Shown here in pieces: positions 59,745 through 64,000 of a DNA stretch of 64,000 nt. This DNA comes from Nitrospirota bacterium (lineage in GTDB: Bacteria > Nitrospirota > Thermodesulfovibrionia > Thermodesulfovibrionales > UBA9159), in NCBI GenBank assembly GCA_963699545.1, contig CAVOUE010000009.1, positions 96,001 through 160,000 of the forward strand, read 5' to 3'. The first letter of the stretch is position 1, and each line of letters starts with the position of its first letter. Below the pieces are notes generated by a model that worked only from the letters and a program-made list of their open reading frames with translations, did not search any database and was not told where the DNA came from. The translations under genes were made by a program, and so were the position numbers.

Positions 59745-59972
59745 TCACTTAAATTGATCATTTCGTTCTTTAGTCCCTTCCGTTTCTTTTCGATACTCCC
59801 CGATACCCTCCACCTCCTTCTGTATGCCGTATTTCTTGACCTTGTATCCGATCATTCTCTCGGTGATCCCCAGCTTTCTCGCTGCCCTTGCCATTATCCA
59901 GTTGCATTCACTGAGGGCATGCAGGATCTCTTCCCTCTCCAGTTCCTTTACTTTGTCTTTTAAGGTTGCCAT
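59745..59972 (-). CDS. Stand-alone Fis-family (NifA/NtrC C-terminal-type) helix-turn-helix protein
   Basis: LEREEILHAL..CNWIMARAARKLGITERMIGYKVKKYGI; no AAA+ or receiver domain; own ATG just downstream of a sigma54 promoter. Confidence 0.8.
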   Translation of the reverse strand: MATLKDKVKELEREEILHALSECNWIMARAARKLGITERMIGYKVKKYGIQKEVEGIGEYRKETEGTKERNDQFK

Positions 59973-59994
59973 TGTTCTGAAACCTGCACCTCTC

Positions 59995-60014
59995 TATAGC
60001 CAGAACCGTGCCAG
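59995..60014 (-). promoter_or_regulatory. sigma54 promoter of the HTH-porin-amtB-glnK operon
   Basis: Minus strand CTGGCACGGTTCTGGCTATA, GG-N10-GC; shares CTGGCACG...GCTATA with the 56491 promoter. Confidence 0.8.
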
Positions 60015-60060
60015 CCCATAACTCTGCAGTTTATAAAAGGATTTCCTTTCCAACATATAC

Positions 60061-60092
60061 AACATATTTGTATGTCATTACATTATTGTAGG
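60061..60092. promoter_or_regulatory. Two candidate UAS sites, WACA-N4-TGTA
   Basis: AACATATTTGTA (60061-60072) and TACATTATTGTA (60079-60090). Confidence 0.55.
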
Positions 60093-60267
60093 TCGGGCTG
60101 CTTCAATGGCAGCAACCCTGTTCATCTGCTCCTCCTCGTACTACCGCCTGATAAATGGTGAAACCTTTTCAATTTGTGTATATAATCAAATGGGTGCACC
60201 CTGTTGCCTTGATGCTGACTGCTGCGCATCGGGGTGTACATCGTGACTTGAAAGGAAGGGAGGAACT

Positions 60268-60834
60268 ATGGACATCTTTGAAGCCATCAGAACGAGGCGG
60301 AGCGTCAGGAGGTTCGCAGACAAACCAGTGGAGGATGAGAAGCTCCAGGCCATGCTCGAAGCGGCACGCCAGGCTCCCTCCTGGGCAAATCTCCAGTGCT
60401 GGCGATTCATCGTGGTGAAGGACCCCTCGGTGAAGGATGCGATCAGCGAAATGTCCTATGTGGAGTCCTTTTTCGTTCCGCGGGGATACAAGGCGAACCC
60501 TGCCAAGAAAGGGCTGGCAGAGGCCCCGGCTGTCATCGTTGCCTGTGCCGACCCATCGCAATCGGGGACCCTCTGGGGGCAGCCATATTATATGACCGAT
60601 ATCGGCATCTCAGCGCAGAATCTCATGCTCGCGGCACGGGCCCTCGGACTCGGGACCGTCTTCGTGGGAGTGTTTGATGAGGAACAGATCCGCTCGATGC
60701 TCGCCATCCCTCCACACATCAGGGTGGTTGGCCTCTTCCCTGTGGGCTATCCCCTTGAAGAGAAAGCCTCGGGCCCCGCGCGGAAACCCCTTAGTGAGAT
60801 CGCCTTTAAAGGGACATGGGGAAAGACGTTATAG
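60268..60834 (+). CDS. Nitroreductase family protein
   Basis: [45 protein letters not shown]. Confidence 0.9.
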   Translation: MDIFEAIRTRRSVRRFADKPVEDEKLQAMLEAARQAPSWANLQCWRFIVVKDPSVKDAISEMSYVESFFVPRGYKANPAKKGLAEAPAVIVACADPSQSGTLWGQPYYMTDIGISAQNLMLAARALGLGTVFVGVFDEEQIRSMLAIPPHIRVVGLFPVGYPLEEKASGPARKPLSEIAFKGTWGKTL

Positions 60835-60881
60835 TTTCAGCATAAGAAACTTTTTTTCGTGTAGCTTTACGGAGGAGGTCA

Positions 60882-62096
60882 ATGAAGAGATACGACATCG
60901 TTATCGCAGGCGCAGGCATCAGCGGGCTGAGTCTCGCTCACTATTGCGCCAGGCGAGGGCTCGACACTCTGGTAATAGAAAAGAACGAACGGGTCGGCGG
61001 CACCTTCCACACCCATCGTTTCGCCGGTGGGGCCTCTGATTTCTGGATCGAACTCGGCGCACACACCTGCTACAATTCCTATGGCAATCTCCTCCGCGTC
61101 ATGGAGGACTGCGGGATACTGGGTCAGGCGCTCAAACGGGAGAAAGTCGGTTACAAAATGCTCGTCGACGGTGAGATAAAGTCGATCCCCTCCCAGATAC
61201 ATTTCGGAGAACTTCTTTTCTCGGTGCCCCGTCTCTTCACCGCGAAAAAGGCCGGTCAGAGCATCGAGTCCTACTATTCAAGGATCGTTGGAGCGGCGAA
61301 CTTCAGAAGGGTCTTCGGGCCCTTGTTCAACGCGGTGATCTGCCAGGAGGCACATGATTTTCCCGCGGATCTGCTTTTTAAGAAACGGCCCCGCCGCAAG
61401 GATGTCATGAAAAGCTTCACGCTCCGTGAGGGGCTCCAGTCGATCACAGAGGCTATCGCTGCCCAGCCGGGAATTCAGATCGTGAAAGGCAAAACGATCG
61501 AAACCCTCTCCTTTTCAGACGGGGTGTTCGGCATCACTACCGCGGACGGGCACGTCTACGAATCAGGCAGCCTTGCGGTGGCCACGTCACCGGTGGTTGC
61601 TGCGAGACTTCTCGAGGCCCCGTTCCCCCAGTTGGCAGTGCTCCTGTCGCGGATAAGGGTCGAGACCGTTGAAACGGTCGGGTTCATGGTGAGAAAGGAC
61701 GCAAGTCCGCTCCCCCCTCTTGCCGGAATTGTCGCCGTGAACGAACCCTTCTATTCGGCGGTTTCCCGCGACACGGTACGGCACGAGAAATACAGGGGTT
61801 TCGTCTTCCACTTCAAAGCGGGTGCCGCGGACCACGACACGAAGCTTGGGCGCATCTCTGAGGTGCTGGGGGTGAAACGTGATCAGCTGGAGAATGTGGT
61901 GAGCACCGAGAACCTCGTCCCTTCCCTCCTCGTCGGACATGACTCGCTCCTCGCCGAGATCGACCGGCTTATTGCCGGTGAGAGGCTTCTGCTGACCGGG
62001 AACTATTTCTCAGGAGTGGCCATTGAAGATTGCGTTTCAAGGTCGCTCAGTGAGTTCACCCGCCTCGGCGCGTTAATGGGGCGGAAGGACCGCTGA
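60882..62096 (+). CDS. FAD-dependent oxidoreductase (HemY/protoporphyrinogen oxidase-like)
   Basis: GAGISGL, E...RVGG, ELGAH, TGNYFSGVAIEDCV. Confidence 0.75.
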   Translation: MKRYDIVIAGAGISGLSLAHYCARRGLDTLVIEKNERVGGTFHTHRFAGGASDFWIELGAHTCYNSYGNLLRVMEDCGILGQALKREKVGYKMLVDGEIKSIPSQIHFGELLFSVPRLFTAKKAGQSIESYYSRIVGAANFRRVFGPLFNAVICQEAHDFPADLLFKKRPRRKDVMKSFTLREGLQSITEAIAAQPGIQIVKGKTIETLSFSDGVFGITTADGHVYESGSLAVATSPVVAARLLEAPFPQLAVLLSRIRVETVETVGFMVRKDASPLPPLAGIVAVNEPFYSAVSRDTVRHEKYRGFVFHFKAGAADHDTKLGRISEVLGVKRDQLENVVSTENLVPSLLVGHDSLLAEIDRLIAGERLLLTGNYFSGVAIEDCVSRSLSEFTRLGALMGRKDR

Positions 62097-62102
62097 AGAG
62101 AG

Positions 62103-63287
62103 GTGAAAAGACGAGTGTACGCAGAAAGAGTCGGCGGACTGAAAAGCTCTGCGATCCGTGAGATCCTGAAGATCACCTCGAAGCCCGAGGTGATCTCCTT
62201 TGCCGGAGGACTTCCTGCACCCGAACTCTTTCCGCTGAAGGAACTGGAAGCTGCGGCCCGGAAAGTTTTCTCGAAGCACGGGCACCTTGCACTCCAGTAT
62301 TCCATCACCGAGGGGTTTTTGCCCCTGAGGGAAAAGATCGTAAAGACCCTGGCTGCGGCGACAGAGCGCCCGGGAACCGGGAATGTCCTCATTACTCAGG
62401 GATCCCAGCAGGGGCTCGACCTCCTTTCGAAGCTCTATATCGACAGAGGCACCGTGATTTTCACGGAGAACCCGAGTTATCTTGGGGCCCTCCAGTCATT
62501 CTGCATCTTCGAGGCCGACGTGGTCCCCATCGCTTCCGACCAGGGCGGAATGAGGATGGACGCTCTCCTCGAAGGATTAAAGCGCCGTCGCCCTTCACTC
62601 ATTTATCTCATGCCCAGTTTCCAGAATCCCACAGGGGCCTCCCTCTCCATGGAGCGCCGGAGGAAGCTGATCGAGATCGTGAAAGAGCATGACCTGCTTG
62701 TCATTGAAGACGATCCTTACGGAGAGCTGGTCTTCGAAGGTGAACGGCCACCTTCCCTGTTTGAACTGGGGGGGATGAGCAACTTTATCCACCTTAGTTC
62801 CTTCTCAAAAACTATCGCACCCGGGTTGCGTGTGGCCTATCTCGCGGCGGATGAAGAGATTATAAAAAAACTCACCCTGATAAAACAGGGCACTGACCTC
62901 CAGACGAACACCCTTGGACAATTCCTGGTGGACGAGTACCTCGAAAGCAGTGATTTTCGCGAACACATCAGGACCCTGAGACGGACGTACAGGGAGAGGA
63001 GGGATCTCATGCTTTCCGCAATAGAGGTGCACTTCCCGAGGTCTCTCAAGTGGAACCGTCCCGCAGGGGGTATGTTTTTGTGGGTGGAGCTCCCCGAGGG
63101 ATGGGATACAAGAGAGATACTTCGCCGCTGTCTCGAGCATAATGTTGCCTTTGTGCCGGGGCAGGAGTTCTTCCCTGATGGTTCCGGGAAGAATACCATG
63201 CGACTAAATTTCTCCAATGCCTCTCCTGAAAATATTGAGGAAGGTATTAAGAGAATGGGAGAAGTGCTGACAGAGATGGGACTTTAG
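62103..63287 (+). CDS. PLP-dependent aminotransferase class I/II (LysN/ARO8-like)
   Basis: ISFAGGLP, GSQQGLDL, FQNPTG, EDDPY, SFSKTIAPGLR, GGMFLW, RLNFS. Confidence 0.9.
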   Translation: MKRRVYAERVGGLKSSAIREILKITSKPEVISFAGGLPAPELFPLKELEAAARKVFSKHGHLALQYSITEGFLPLREKIVKTLAAATERPGTGNVLITQGSQQGLDLLSKLYIDRGTVIFTENPSYLGALQSFCIFEADVVPIASDQGGMRMDALLEGLKRRRPSLIYLMPSFQNPTGASLSMERRRKLIEIVKEHDLLVIEDDPYGELVFEGERPPSLFELGGMSNFIHLSSFSKTIAPGLRVAYLAADEEIIKKLTLIKQGTDLQTNTLGQFLVDEYLESSDFREHIRTLRRTYRERRDLMLSAIEVHFPRSLKWNRPAGGMFLWVELPEGWDTREILRRCLEHNVAFVPGQEFFPDGSGKNTMRLNFSNASPENIEEGIKRMGEVLTEMGL

Positions 63288-63303
63288 TGTACCGGGAGAG
63301 ACC

Positions 63304-63816
63304 GTGATCCGCCAGTGTCGTGACAGCGACTTCGAGACCATCCATTTCATCATTAATGAGGCTGCGCAGGTTTACAGGGGGGCTGTCCCTCCTGACCGCT
63401 GGAAGGACCCGTATATGTCCACGAGCGAACTGCGTCATGAGATGGACGCCGGCGTTGTATTCTGGGGCTTTGAGGAACAGGGTGAGCTCATTGGGGTAAT
63501 GGGTATCCAGGGCGTTCAGGATGTTACCCTTATCAGACACGCCTATGTTCGCAGGCATAAGCAAAACCGCGGCGTCGGGGGAGAGTTGCTGAAATTCTTG
63601 GTTACCCGGTCTGGCACCCCCGTCCTGATCGGCACATGGGCTGCCGCTTCATGGGCGGTCCGCTTCTATGAAAAGCACGGCTTCAGGAAGGTTTCGCAGG
63701 AAGAGAAGAATCGCTTGCTGAAGAAGTACTGGTCGATCCCCGAACGCCAGATCGAGACGTCCGTTGTCCTGGCGGACCAGAAATGGTCTGATCGGACTGA
63801 GGGGAAGACCGAATGA
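63304..63816 (+). CDS. GNAT family N-acetyltransferase
   Basis: IRHAYV...QNRGVGGELL, AVRFYEKHGF. Confidence 0.88.
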   Translation: MIRQCRDSDFETIHFIINEAAQVYRGAVPPDRWKDPYMSTSELRHEMDAGVVFWGFEEQGELIGVMGIQGVQDVTLIRHAYVRRHKQNRGVGGELLKFLVTRSGTPVLIGTWAAASWAVRFYEKHGFRKVSQEEKNRLLKKYWSIPERQIETSVVLADQKWSDRTEGKTE

Positions 63817-63884
63817 AGCTGTCCGTTATCCTTGCGCATCCTGACAAGCGGAGTTTCCAGGAACAGAGCTTGCGCCCATCGTGA
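63813..63884 (+). pseudogene. Truncated N-terminus of a flavodoxin-fold NAD(P)H dehydrogenase (quinone)
   Basis: ATGA overlap with the GNAT stop; MKLSVILAHPDKRSF matches the family start, then the sequence diverges and stops after 23 codons. Confidence 0.6.
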
Positions 63885-63908
63885 ATGTCCTCTTCATAGC
63901 ATGCATGG

Positions 63909-64000
63909 TTATTTCATCTGGTTAAGGATTCTGCCGAGTTCCTCAAGGGCCTTTCCTGCTTCTTCGTACTTCCCTTTGCCCATGAGGTTACGGTAGTTCT
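63909..64000 (-). CDS. C-terminal end of a gene entering from beyond the window (UPF0182-like tail, tentative)
   Basis: ...NYRNLMGKGKYEEAGKALEELGRILNQMK*. Confidence 0.5.
   Translation of the reverse strand, partial: NYRNLMGKGKYEEAGKALEELGRILNQMK

Overview
Gene-dense, moderately GC-rich bacterial chromosome window. Gene content resembles Nitrospirota (Thermodesulfovibrionia-like) or Desulfobacterota; this is an inference only. It carries housekeeping genes (ribF, coaE, nadA, cls, mtnP, apt, fabD, queD, hpt, pyrF, dcd), a peptidoglycan-recycling cluster (namZ plus a fused MurU-AmgK), a YtkA-TolC-cusB-cusA metal-efflux operon, ETF/acyl-CoA dehydrogenase genes, several c-type cytochromes, an AT-rich island (radical SAM, ATP-grasp-like, CapK-like) and a sigma54-driven porin-amtB-PII-amtB nitrogen locus. 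Most notable observations: (1) a secreted metallothionein-like Cys-repeat protein fused to a YtkA domain, next to a MauG/MbnH-like di-haem peroxidase (40659-42713); (2) a stand-alone NifA-type Fis-HTH micro-protein heading the sigma54 ammonium-uptake operon, with a repeated TACA-N4-TGTA palindrome at both sigma54 promoters; (3) seven +1 frameshifts, six at the identical motif GGAGAC read as GGAGAAC, most likely a sequencing artefact that may mark a methylated motif. No rRNA, tRNA, CRISPR array, transposase or integrase was recognised. All family assignments come from motif recognition by eye, not from database searches.
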